Of a DNA stretch of 64,000 nucleotides, positions 45,893-54,823 are shown piece by piece. The notes beneath the pieces are model-generated. The model did no database searches and was not told the origin of the DNA. It saw only the letters and a list, made by a program, of their open reading frames with translations. Origin of the DNA: Oscillospiraceae bacterium (GTDB lineage Bacteria; Bacillota; Clostridia; Oscillospirales; CAG-382); assembly GCA_015065165.1 (NCBI GenBank), contig SVQU01000001.1, forward strand, positions 36,632 through 100,631. The letters run 5' to 3'. Numbering within the stretch: position 1 is the stretch's first letter; each line of letters starts with the position of its first letter. The translations under genes and the position numbers were made by a program.

Positions 45893-46564
45893 GTGAGGGA
45901 TATGGGCTCTAAATCTATGAAGCAGAATTATATTTATATCACATCGAAAGAATGGTTTGAAGAAACACCGCTTAAAAATCCAGTTTTGTCACTCGACCAC
46001 AACTTAGAACAAATATATCCCAAATTTTATAATATTGAGTATGACCTAAAAATTCTCGCAACCAAGCCTGCAACTGCCGAAGAAAAGGAATGTCCGGGAT
46101 ATAATGATTATAGGGAAAAATACGGTAAATTGGATATTTCGGCAATTGATATTGCGGTTTCAAGTAATACTTCAAAAAACGTTTTTTTGAATGGTTTTAA
46201 TCAAAAACAATTTGAATATATAGCACCGCTGATAAAAGAAACTGCAGAAATATTGTGTTTGTTTAAGTGCCCTAAAATTAATGATCTTTCTCTTTTGTCA
46301 ACGTTCAAAAATCTAAGATGTGTGCACATATATTGGAACAATTCATTAGAGAATTTATGGGATATGAAGGATAATTCCGCTTTGATGGCATTATCATTTG
46401 TATACGTTACAAAGTTAAGTAATGTAGAAGCATTAGCTAACACGCATATCGAATATATTAACTTGGATAGTTCCGACAATTCCGGGAAAAATAAAAAATT
46501 AGATGTTGATAAATCTGTTTTTGAGAAAATGAAAACATTAAAGCATCTGTTTTTGACAATTTGA
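45893..46564 (+). CDS. Hypothetical protein with leucine-rich-repeat-like C-terminal half
   Basis: 223 aa. Shows LxxLxxLxNL periodicity (INDLSLLSTFKNLRCVHIYWNNSLENLWDM...LSNVEALANTHIEYINL). The start is uncertain: GTG at 45893 or ATG at 45902. Confidence 0.5.
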   Translation: MRDMGSKSMKQNYIYITSKEWFEETPLKNPVLSLDHNLEQIYPKFYNIEYDLKILATKPATAEEKECPGYNDYREKYGKLDISAIDIAVSSNTSKNVFLNGFNQKQFEYIAPLIKETAEILCLFKCPKINDLSLLSTFKNLRCVHIYWNNSLENLWDMKDNSALMALSFVYVTKLSNVEALANTHIEYINLDSSDNSGKNKKLDVDKSVFEKMKTLKHLFLTI

Positions 46565-46630
46565 TCCGTGGGAGTTCGAAACCTTATTAAGGAACGACAA
46601 AAATATCTATTTCGTAGCTTCTTGACAGAA

Positions 46631-46660
46631 AAACCGACAAGTTTCGACTTGTCGGTTTTA
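46631..46660 (+). terminator. Intrinsic terminator
   Basis: 10-bp stem AACCGACAAG/CTTGTCGGTT, loop TTTCGA, then TTTTA. Confidence 0.75.
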
Positions 46661-46787
46661 CTTTTTCACTTTTAACTCTTCACTTTTCACTCTTCTCTTT
46701 CGAAGCTTGTCGATTAGGTAATAAGTAATAGTGAATAGTGGAGATGTAAAGGTATCCGCTTCGCGGATGATGTGAACGATTTCATTA

Positions 46788-46816
46788 TTGCAGTTAACTA
46801 AAATATATGTTATAAT
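46788..46816 (+). promoter_or_regulatory. Sigma-A type promoter of the HIT/HExxH/P-loop operon
   Basis: TTGCAG-17 nt-TATAAT with an extended TGt. A GATTTCATT unit (46778-46786) abuts the -35 element. Confidence 0.55.
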
Positions 46817-46848
46817 TTTGTAAGAGTATGAAATAGTGAGGATAATGT

Positions 46849-47310
46849 ATGTGCTTAATTTGCGACAGGATAAATATGATTAAGGATAACAAAAATCCTT
46901 GGTTTGTTAAAGAATTGGAAACGGGTTATGTAGTAATCGGTGATAACCAGCATTTCAAAGGCTATACTTTATTTCTTTACAAGGAACATAAAACCGAATT
47001 ATTTCAATTGGAGCATTCTGTAAAAATGAGGTTTTTAGAAGAAATGTCGATTGTTGCAGAAGCTGTGGCGAAGGCATTTGGTGCAGAGAAAATGAATTAT
47101 GAACTTTTGGGTAACGGTGATACGCATTTGCATTGGCATTTATTTCCCAGAGTAAGCGGAGATTTAGAAAACTACGGAAACAATGGAAAAGGACCCGTAT
47201 GGTGGTATCCAATGGAAAAAATGTTTAGCGCCGAAAATCGTCCTTCCGATGAAGAACTTACTGAAATGAAATCAAGACTGGCGACTGAGTTGGAGAAATT
47301 GCTATTTTAG
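46849..47310 (+). CDS. HIT-family nucleotide hydrolase/transferase
   Basis: 153 aa. N-terminal CLICD and the histidine triad GDTHLHWHLFPR. Confidence 0.75.
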   Translation: MCLICDRINMIKDNKNPWFVKELETGYVVIGDNQHFKGYTLFLYKEHKTELFQLEHSVKMRFLEEMSIVAEAVAKAFGAEKMNYELLGNGDTHLHWHLFPRVSGDLENYGNNGKGPVWWYPMEKMFSAENRPSDEELTEMKSRLATELEKLLF

Positions 47311-47317
47311 AAGAGGA

Positions 47318-47791
47318 ATGCGTATGCGAAAGATAATATATATCTTAATACAATTTACATGGGGATTTTTGCAAACACTTTTCGGTTTGGTGGTTTTTCT
47401 AACTCACGTTAAGGATAAGCATTATTTTTACCATGGGGCAATAATTACAGAATGGTCGGGAAAATCAAGTGTTTCTTTAGGTATGTTTGTTTTTATCACC
47501 AAAGAACCTTTTTTCTACGAGAAATTAAAAGATGAGTATAGCGCGGATGAACTTTGGAAACGATTGCTTGTGCACGAGTATGGGCACACAATACAATCGC
47601 TAATTTTAGGCCCGTTATATTTACCATTTATAGGAATTCCTTCAACAATATGGGGTTTTTCGCCATCTCTCAACGGCAGGAGAAAAATTAAACAAATTTC
47701 TTACTTTTCATTTTTTACAGAAAAATGGGCGAATCATTTAGGTGAAAAGTTTACACAAGAAAAATCAATGGAGAATTTAGTTATAGATTAA
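47318..47791 (+). CDS. Hypothetical membrane protein with HExxH motif
   Basis: 157 aa. N-terminal TM helix and LLVHEYGHTIQS (HEYGH). Starts 7 nt after the HIT gene. Confidence 0.55.
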   Translation: MRMRKIIYILIQFTWGFLQTLFGLVVFLTHVKDKHYFYHGAIITEWSGKSSVSLGMFVFITKEPFFYEKLKDEYSADELWKRLLVHEYGHTIQSLILGPLYLPFIGIPSTIWGFSPSLNGRRKIKQISYFSFFTEKWANHLGEKFTQEKSMENLVID

Positions 47792-47804
47792 CTATAGTAT
47801 AATT

Positions 47805-48320
47805 ATGATATATTTAATTGCCGGCACATCCCACACAGGCAAAACTTTATTAGCACAAAAATTACTTGAAAAATACAAAATTCCGTATTTGTCAATCGAC
47901 CATTTGAAAATGGGGTTGATAAGAAGCGGAAATACCGATTTAACCCCTTGCAGTGATGATGGGGAATTGACCAATTATCTCTGGCCGATTGTTAGAGAAA
48001 TGATTAAAACAGCTATTGAAAACAAACAAAATTTGGTGGTTGAAGGTTGTTATATTCCTTTCGATTGGGAAAACAGCTTTGAAAAGGAATATCTTGAGCA
48101 AATAAAATACGTTTGTCTTATAATGAGTGAAAAATATATACGAAATCATTTTGAAGATATAAAAGGATTTGAAAGCGTTATAGAACAAAGAATGTATGAT
48201 GATTTAGATATTGATGATTGTATTAATGACAATAATCGCAATTTAGAGATTGTAAAGAAATATAACCAAAAATATATCTTAATTGATGATGAATATGCGG
48301 TGGATGATACGTTAATATAG
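47805..48320 (+). CDS. P-loop kinase-like protein (2-phosphoglycerate-kinase/adenylate-kinase-like fold)
   Basis: 171 aa. Walker A IAGTSHTGKTLLA at the N-terminus and a hydrophobic strand plus acidic residue NLVVEGCYIP. Confidence 0.55.
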   Translation: MIYLIAGTSHTGKTLLAQKLLEKYKIPYLSIDHLKMGLIRSGNTDLTPCSDDGELTNYLWPIVREMIKTAIENKQNLVVEGCYIPFDWENSFEKEYLEQIKYVCLIMSEKYIRNHFEDIKGFESVIEQRMYDDLDIDDCINDNNRNLEIVKKYNQKYILIDDEYAVDDTLI

Positions 48321-48448
48321 CCTAAATGGTTTGTTTATACTAAAAAAATCCATATTTCAACAAATATCTATTAAAAAATACCATTGTTTATATTTTAAGT
48401 CTATGATATTATGATTTTGCAAATTTATGTTGAAATTTAAGGGGCTAT

Positions 48449-49900
48449 ATGCTATTACCGTATTACAGTTCGGAACACATATCTGCATTTGATGCCGAAG
48501 AGCATCACGCCAATAATGCACCAAAGCTTATTGGTTTTTTTACATTATTTATAACCGTTTGCTTTTTCATCGCAACACCTCTTGGGGTTATATACAGCCG
48601 GGAACAGGATTTTTGGGGAAACGTATATAGAATATTAACCTCTCCGTCAAAGCTTGTTACCGATTATTTTGCTTTAGGCGGGCTTGGCAGTGCGTTTTTT
48701 AACACTGCGGTTTGTGGTCTTGCTACCAATTTTATAATCATTTTTAGCGGTATTAAAGCAAAAGCCACTACTTTTGCCGGATATATGCTTGTTGTTGCAC
48801 ATGGATTTTACGGTTTAAATTTTCTTAATATGTGGCCGACAATTTTTGGTGTGCTTTTGTATTGCGCTGTTTGCAAACAAAAGTTTTCGGATAACGTTCA
48901 TATAGCGTTGTTTTCTACAGCGTTGGGGCCGTTTATAAGTGATTTTATTTTCAGATATACGATTACCGATACGTTCGACGCATCACACCCGCAGGTAACT
49001 GTTTTGGGTATTATTTTTGCTTTATGTTTCGGCATTGCGGCGGGTTTTGTTGTTCCTGCGCTTTTGCCCGGAACAACGGCTATGCACCGTGGCTTTAATA
49101 TGTATAAAGCGGGTTTGGCTATTGGTATTTTGGGTATATTCGTTTATTCATTTATGTATGAATCCTTGGGTATCCCTGCGCCCGACGTGATAAAAATAGA
49201 TAATCCCGAATATTATGCTCTTGAATATGGATATCGCGGGTTTATGAACATATTTTTCATTATATTGTTCACATGCGCAATTATATTTGGTTTTATATTT
49301 AACCGATACAGTTTTCGCGGATATAAAGAACTGTTTAAAAGTGTAAGCTACGGTGTTGACTTCTTGGATAAATTCGGCATGTCTGTATGTCTGATTAACT
49401 TCGGCATATACGGATTTTGTATTTTGGGTTATTTAAATTTAATTTTCATTTTACCCCAAATCTTTGGATTTTTGCCTTCGGGTATAGGCTTTACCGGTCC
49501 CACCGTTGGTGTTGTGTTTGCAGCATTGACATTTTCTGCAGATGGACAGCAACCCAGAACGGTTGCTCCGATTGCTTTAGGGTATGTTCTTTTATCGGTT
49601 GCCGTTTGTATTATTTGTTCTATTTTGAAGGCTCCCATCCCGTGGACGCTGTCTACACAGGGATATATAAACGGTCTTGCTTTCTCGACTGGTTTGTGTG
49701 CGTTTAGCGGTAAATACGGCAAACGTTATGGCGTGCTTGCGGGATTTTTAAGCGCAATTATTTGTACGTCAACTTCAGAAATGCATGGCGGTTTCGTTTT
49801 GTATAACGGCGGCTTCACCGCAGGTTTGACGGCACTTGTTTTGCTTCCTATTTTGGATTTTTATAAAGTTAAACCCAAATTTGAAGACGATATTAAATAA
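48449..49900 (+). CDS. Polytopic membrane protein of unknown function (possibly DUF1576-like)
   Basis: 483 aa with 10 or more hydrophobic helices. RBS is AAGGGG. The family name is from memory only. Confidence 0.55.
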   Translation: MLLPYYSSEHISAFDAEEHHANNAPKLIGFFTLFITVCFFIATPLGVIYSREQDFWGNVYRILTSPSKLVTDYFALGGLGSAFFNTAVCGLATNFIIIFSGIKAKATTFAGYMLVVAHGFYGLNFLNMWPTIFGVLLYCAVCKQKFSDNVHIALFSTALGPFISDFIFRYTITDTFDASHPQVTVLGIIFALCFGIAAGFVVPALLPGTTAMHRGFNMYKAGLAIGILGIFVYSFMYESLGIPAPDVIKIDNPEYYALEYGYRGFMNIFFIILFTCAIIFGFIFNRYSFRGYKELFKSVSYGVDFLDKFGMSVCLINFGIYGFCILGYLNLIFILPQIFGFLPSGIGFTGPTVGVVFAALTFSADGQQPRTVAPIALGYVLLSVAVCIICSILKAPIPWTLSTQGYINGLAFSTGLCAFSGKYGKRYGVLAGFLSAIICTSTSEMHGGFVLYNGGFTAGLTALVLLPILDFYKVKPKFEDDIK

Positions 49901-49934
49901 ATACATTATGGCTTTTTAATTGTATATGTGAATT

Positions 49935-49966
49935 ACAGCCGAGAAAACTTAGGTTTTCTCGGCTGT
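49935..49966 (+). terminator. Intrinsic terminator
   Basis: 14-bp stem ACAGCCGAGAAAAC/GTTTTCTCGGCTGT, loop TTAG, with a T-rich tail. Confidence 0.75.
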
Positions 49967-50064
49967 TCTTTATAGATTTATTTTTGAATTTATGATATAA
50001 TTTTACAAATCGATGCACCCAAATTCGAAAAAGCCACACTATATATACGAAAGGAGGCGAGGAA

Positions 50065-51648
50065 ATGCAAAAAACGAACGAAATGCGTGATAGACTTATA
50101 AAGGACTTTACCGAAAACTATATAGGAAAGTTGTTTTACTTCTGCTTAAAAAAGACAGGAAGCAATGTCGAGGCGGAGGATTTAACTCAAGATATTTCTC
50201 TTCATATTATTACCGCTTTGAACAAAGGAACAATACCTACAAGCTTTTCTGCTTGGGTATGGCAGATAGCACGTAATCGATATTCAAATTGGGCAAAAGA
50301 AAAGCATAATCGAAACGAGTCGGTAACCGGTTACGATATCGGAGATTATGAGCTTGAAGACCAAGACGCAAATGTGCTTGGTGAAGTGTTACATACAGAG
50401 CAAATTGCTCTGCTTCGACGAGAGTTGGCATTCATCAAAAGCGATTATCGCAATATTGTCGTTGCCTACTATATCGAAAACAAAACTGTTCGCGAAATTG
50501 CATCATCGCTGTCGCTTTCTGTGAATACGGTGAAGTCTCGGCTTCTACGTGCAAGAGAAATTTTAAAAGAAGGTATGGATATGACAAGAGAATTTGGAAA
50601 ACGAAGTTATAATCCCGAAAACATTGGGTTTGTTTCAAGCGGTGATCAATCAAACGGATTGCCTTGGAAAGCGGTGAATAGAAAGATACCGCACAATATT
50701 TTACTACAAGCGAGCAATAACCCTTCGACGGTTGAAGAATTGTCTATCGAGCTCGGTGTTGCGCTTCCTTATATGGAGGAAGAGGTTGAAATGCTGCATC
50801 AAGCTACGCTGCTTGATAAGCAAGGTGATAAATATATTACGAATTTCTTTATACTTGATAAGGACTGTCAAATAGAAATTTATAATGTATTACGACAAGG
50901 AGCAAATGAAAGAAGCAGGCTTATCAGTGAGTTTATGGACGATAGTATAGCAGATATCCGAAAGCTTGGCATTGCAGGAGACCACATTGACGATAATATT
51001 ATTCGTTGGTGGTTAGTGCCCCATCTTATTGATCGTTTGATCGAAATTTCAGTAAAGTCGAAAAGTAATGTTTATGAACCGCCTGTACGCGCCAACGGCG
51101 AAACATGGGGATTTGTTGGATATGAGATATTCGAATATCCCGAGGAATTAGGTATGGGTCAAAACGGTGCAGGAAACAGTGATAATATGTTTTGGGTATA
51201 TGGAGGTTTTCCTCCTAAACAAAACGTAGCGTTATTGCTATGCGATTGCATTAGAAACAATCGTATTGTCGCATCTTTTTCCGATATAGAGAAAAAAGTA
51301 TGGGAAAACATAGAAGGAAAATATGCACATATCTCCGAAAACGGAGAAATAATCCCCGACATTCTTGTTCTTACAGGCGATAGATTTGCAAAAATTGATC
51401 AGCTTTTCCAAGAGCACAGAAATTATAATAAACTTATGGAAAATATGAATGGTGCATACGATAAGGTAGAAGCAGTATTCAAAAAGTACAGTCATAAGGT
51501 TTTGCACGACAACCTTGGGTATAACATCAGAATGGAATTCTATTTAATGAGAATGATGTCAGTGAATGATTTGTTTGCTGATGGTGTGCTCAAAGCCCCT
51601 GATAATCCCGAAAATACCACCGCATTAATGTATGTTGTATTAGGATGA
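50065..51648 (+). CDS. Sigma-70/ECF-like sigma factor with about 340-aa C-terminal extension
   Basis: Region 2 (AEDLTQDISLHII...WVWQIARNRYSNW) and region 4 (VREIASSLSLSVNTVKSRLLRAREIL) lie within the first 185 aa or so. The remaining sequence is unassigned. RBS is AAAGGAGG. Confidence 0.75.
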   Translation: MQKTNEMRDRLIKDFTENYIGKLFYFCLKKTGSNVEAEDLTQDISLHIITALNKGTIPTSFSAWVWQIARNRYSNWAKEKHNRNESVTGYDIGDYELEDQDANVLGEVLHTEQIALLRRELAFIKSDYRNIVVAYYIENKTVREIASSLSLSVNTVKSRLLRAREILKEGMDMTREFGKRSYNPENIGFVSSGDQSNGLPWKAVNRKIPHNILLQASNNPSTVEELSIELGVALPYMEEEVEMLHQATLLDKQGDKYITNFFILDKDCQIEIYNVLRQGANERSRLISEFMDDSIADIRKLGIAGDHIDDNIIRWWLVPHLIDRLIEISVKSKSNVYEPPVRANGETWGFVGYEIFEYPEELGMGQNGAGNSDNMFWVYGGFPPKQNVALLLCDCIRNNRIVASFSDIEKKVWENIEGKYAHISENGEIIPDILVLTGDRFAKIDQLFQEHRNYNKLMENMNGAYDKVEAVFKKYSHKVLHDNLGYNIRMEFYLMRMMSVNDLFADGVLKAPDNPENTTALMYVVLG

Positions 51649-51657
51649 GACAAAGAT

Positions 51658-51680
51658 ACCGCCGAGAATTTCTCGGCGGT
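51658..51680. terminator. Hairpin between convergent genes (weak U-run)
   Basis: 10-bp stem ACCGCCGAGA/TCTCGGCGGT, loop ATT. Confidence 0.45.
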
Positions 51681-51696
51681 AGTTTGATGTTATGAG

Positions 51697-53049
51697 TTAG
51701 CTTATTGGGTAATAAAATTCAGCAGGGATATACTTATAAAATGTGTTAAGTAGGTTTTGTTTTGAAAACGCGCCGCCCTCGAGGGTTGTGCCGTTTTGAG
51801 CTTCGTAACTGTGCGCACCGTGAATTTTTGCAAGCTCCTCGGTATAATCCTTTAAAAGGTATACCTCGTAATTTCTATAGCCTTTATCGTCGTTTGCAAC
51901 CTTTTCGGCTTTTGTGTAATGGTTAACAAAGGGGATAACTTGAGGCTCTGCAATTGTAACTTCGTTTGTTTGCAAATCCTTTTTAATATCAAGGGAAAGC
52001 ATACAGCCAAGGTTATTAATACCTCTGTCCATACCCGAAACAAAGTTTCCAAGAGAGTAAACAACAAGTATTTTCTTACCAGTGGGGGAAGTTTTCCATT
52101 CCATAGGTTGTATGCAATGGGGATGCATACCGAGAATTAGGTCTACATCTAATTCGCAAAGAAATTCCGCTTGATTCTTTTGGAAGCTGTTTAAGGTGTG
52201 GGTATTTTCGTTACCCCAATGGCAGGAAGCAATTATGAAATCGGAATTTTCTTTCGCAATTTGCACTTGCTTGCGGATTAGTTCTTCATCGAAGAACGGC
52301 ACAACAAAGGGATTTTTGCTATCAAGAGTTATGCCGTTTGTACTGTAGGTGTAGGTTAGAAAAGCAATTTTAATGCCGTTTTTTTCTATGATTTTTATAT
52401 TGTTTGTGGATTCTGCATTAGGATAACAACCCAAAACATCAACGTCGCGCGATTCAAAAAAATCGTTACAATGTGTCAGATAATTTGTGTTACCCGAATC
52501 GAGCATATGATTGTGAGCAACGTTAATTATATCAAATCCAACATCGACAACCGTTTCGCCCATAGCGTTGGGTGTGTTAAAGCAAGGATAACCATATACT
52601 GATCCGCTGCTTCCGCCGATTAAGGATTCTTGGTTTAGATAGGCGATGTCTGCTTCGGCAATGATATCCTTAACATTTTTGTATATGGGTGAAAAATCAT
52701 ATTGGGCGTTATGCAGATCTTTATATGTTGGTTCGGTATTATTGTTTTGCGCTGCACGTTCGATTGCATCGTAATAAATGCAAGGGTGTATCAAATTGTC
52801 GGGGCAGGCAAGAAAGCTAACGGTGGAATGTGTAATAGGTTCTTCGATAAAAGAATCTGAAGAATTTGCATCGGAAGAGCTTTTTTGGTCTGCATTATCC
52901 GATAACGAAGCATCAGAGGTGAATTCATTTTCCTTTGATGGTTTTGTTTCTGAAGAATTGTTATCCTTTGTAAAATCACATCCGGTAAATGAAAGTACAA
53001 ATAAGAGTGTAATTAACAAACTAATTAAGAAATTTATCTTAAGTTTCAT
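51697..53049 (-). CDS. CapA-family (PGA_cap metallophosphatase-like) lipoprotein
   Basis: Lipobox LSFTGCD and a Ser/Asp-rich linker. Motifs NVAHNHMLDSG, SCHWGNE and GMHPHCIQP. I chose the ATG at 53049 because of GGGAGGG 6 nt upstream. Confidence 0.75.
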   Translation of the reverse strand: MKLKINFLISLLITLLFVLSFTGCDFTKDNNSSETKPSKENEFTSDASLSDNADQKSSSDANSSDSFIEEPITHSTVSFLACPDNLIHPCIYYDAIERAAQNNNTEPTYKDLHNAQYDFSPIYKNVKDIIAEADIAYLNQESLIGGSSGSVYGYPCFNTPNAMGETVVDVGFDIINVAHNHMLDSGNTNYLTHCNDFFESRDVDVLGCYPNAESTNNIKIIEKNGIKIAFLTYTYSTNGITLDSKNPFVVPFFDEELIRKQVQIAKENSDFIIASCHWGNENTHTLNSFQKNQAEFLCELDVDLILGMHPHCIQPMEWKTSPTGKKILVVYSLGNFVSGMDRGINNLGCMLSLDIKKDLQTNEVTIAEPQVIPFVNHYTKAEKVANDDKGYRNYEVYLLKDYTEELAKIHGAHSYEAQNGTTLEGGAFSKQNLLNTFYKYIPAEFYYPIS

Positions 53050-53230
53050 AGGTATCCCTCCCTGATTTCTCATATATTATAATACGTTGTATGACAAATA
53101 GCAACTGTTTTCTTTTTTGTAACATTTAAAAGGTGTATTTCACTTGACAATAAACACTGTAAAATATATAATAAACACATAGTATATATGTTATCTTTTC
53201 ATAACATAAGTAAATTTGGAGAGTTTAATT

Positions 53231-54175
53231 ATGAAAAAGTTATTTGTTTTGTTGCTTGCTTTAGTTTTTGCAACATCTTTAAGCATTCCTGCTCTTGCAG
53301 AGAATGATTTTGACCTTGTCTGCACACAATCTTATACCGATGACGGTAAGGTTATTGTTAAAGCATCTGTAACCGATATTATGGACGAAACAGGTATTGT
53401 TTTGCTGGAATATCACATCAAGTACGATGAATCACTTCTTAGATTGGATGTTTTTGACGTAAATATTCCCGAATCATGGGAACCTTTTTTTGAAAACGAA
53501 ATGGCTGAGGATAACAGCACACCTATTAAAGACGGTTTGATTTGGTGGGTACTTAACGCTGAAGTCGGTTATGGCATAAAAGAGGATGACGAGTTAGCTA
53601 TCGAGCTTCAATTTACCTTTTTGAGCGATGAACCTGCTGACATCGAATTTAATTACAAATCTGTTGGTAACGACTATCTAGAATATATGTCCGGCCCTAA
53701 CAGAAGTGTTCACGTTGAACCTATGGACTCTGACAAACCTATTGAAGATCTGCCCAGCGAAGATGAATCCTCCAAAGTTGAATCCAGCAACGTTGAATCA
53801 AGTGTAGAATCCGAAACCGATTCTACAGACGCAGAATCCAGTGAGGCAGAATCTTCTTCTATTGAATCCGATGTGGAATCCGGCGAATCATCCGTGGTCG
53901 ATTCCGAAGTAGAATCCAGCGAGGTAGAATCCAGCAACGTTGAAGCCCCTGATGCATCGAACGAGGATGAATCCGGTATGGAATCTTCTACAGTAACTTC
54001 TACAAATTCCGAAAGCAGCATTAAAGAAAGCTCTGTTGCTTCCGGTGCCACTGCGTCGGATAGCAGTAAAGCTGATGATAGCAACGGAAGCGGTTTGACT
54101 ATCGCTATTATTGCCGTAGTCGTTATTGTTGTAGGTGCAATGGTTGTTATCATTGTAAAGAAAGGCAAGAATTAA
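53231..54175 (+). CDS. Cell-surface protein: signal peptide, cohesin-like beta domain, (V/E)ESS-rich linker, C-terminal TM anchor
   Basis: Signal peptide MKKLFVLLLALVFATSLSIPALA. The domain segment GKVIVKASVTDIMDETGIVLLEYHIKYDESLLRL resembles a cohesin. C-terminal helix LTIAIIAVVVIVVGAMVVIIV followed by KKGKN. Confidence 0.55.
   Translation: MKKLFVLLLALVFATSLSIPALAENDFDLVCTQSYTDDGKVIVKASVTDIMDETGIVLLEYHIKYDESLLRLDVFDVNIPESWEPFFENEMAEDNSTPIKDGLIWWVLNAEVGYGIKEDDELAIELQFTFLSDEPADIEFNYKSVGNDYLEYMSGPNRSVHVEPMDSDKPIEDLPSEDESSKVESSNVESSVESETDSTDAESSEAESSSIESDVESGESSVVDSEVESSEVESSNVEAPDASNEDESGMESSTVTSTNSESSIKESSVASGATASDSSKADDSNGSGLTIAIIAVVVIVVGAMVVIIVKKGKN
53765..53946. repeat. Low-complexity in-frame repeats encoding (V/A/I)ES(S/E) units
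   Basis: Recurrent GAATCCAGC/GTTGAATCC/GTAGAATCC units. Confidence 0.7.
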
Positions 54176-54177
54176 TA

Positions 54178-54771
54178 ATGATTAAATTCATTCGCGAAAA
54201 TTCTTCTGCAATTGTTAAATTTATCATCACTCACATTGTAATGTCGGTGCTTGGTATTATGTTGGGTTTGGCTATTCTTACCTTAGAAAACGACACACCC
54301 GGCATTAGTCCTATAGCATTGATTGGTAGTGCATTCACCATTGGTTTTATGTGCTTTATGCATTATGATGATATGTTTTTTATAGCGGTTAAAGAGGGAA
54401 TACGTGTTCGTACTGAGGGTGGCAAAATTGATATTTTCAAAGGCTTGAAGATCACACTTATTGCTTATGCTCCCGTTATGTTAATCGGTATTATAGTTAT
54501 AATCGCAAATCTTTTTGGCAGTGAGGATAGCTCTGCGATTACATTGCTGTTGTATTATGCATTCCAAGGCAGCTTTATTTCTCTTTATAAAATTTTGCAA
54601 TATCTTGGCGTTGTGGGATATGTAATTTTAACTCTTATACCTGCTATCGTGGCAAGCTCTTTGGGCTATGCTATTGGTGCAAAGGACAAAACACTTCGCG
54701 GTTTGATGGGCATGGACGTGGCACCTCCCTTTGACGGTCCTTTGGAAAGAAAACCCAAAAACAAAAAGTAA
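54178..54771 (+). CDS. Hypothetical polytopic membrane protein
   Basis: 197 aa with about 5 TM helices. Starts 2 nt after the surface-protein gene. Confidence 0.55.
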   Translation: MIKFIRENSSAIVKFIITHIVMSVLGIMLGLAILTLENDTPGISPIALIGSAFTIGFMCFMHYDDMFFIAVKEGIRVRTEGGKIDIFKGLKITLIAYAPVMLIGIIVIIANLFGSEDSSAITLLLYYAFQGSFISLYKILQYLGVVGYVILTLIPAIVASSLGYAIGAKDKTLRGLMGMDVAPPFDGPLERKPKNKK

Positions 54772-54823
54772 TAATCGTTATTTAGAACGCATATAATTTT
54801 ACAAATTCACTTGTGAGGTTTCT

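Noticed and set aside
46566-46590. GGGAGTTCGAAACC resembles a tRNA T-arm; considered as an attR-type partial duplication of tRNA-Arg marking an integrated element
   Set aside because: It shares only the TTCGAA core with the tRNA-Arg 3' end (GAGGGTTCGAATCCCCCAGGGCGG). There is no extended direct repeat and no integrase in between.
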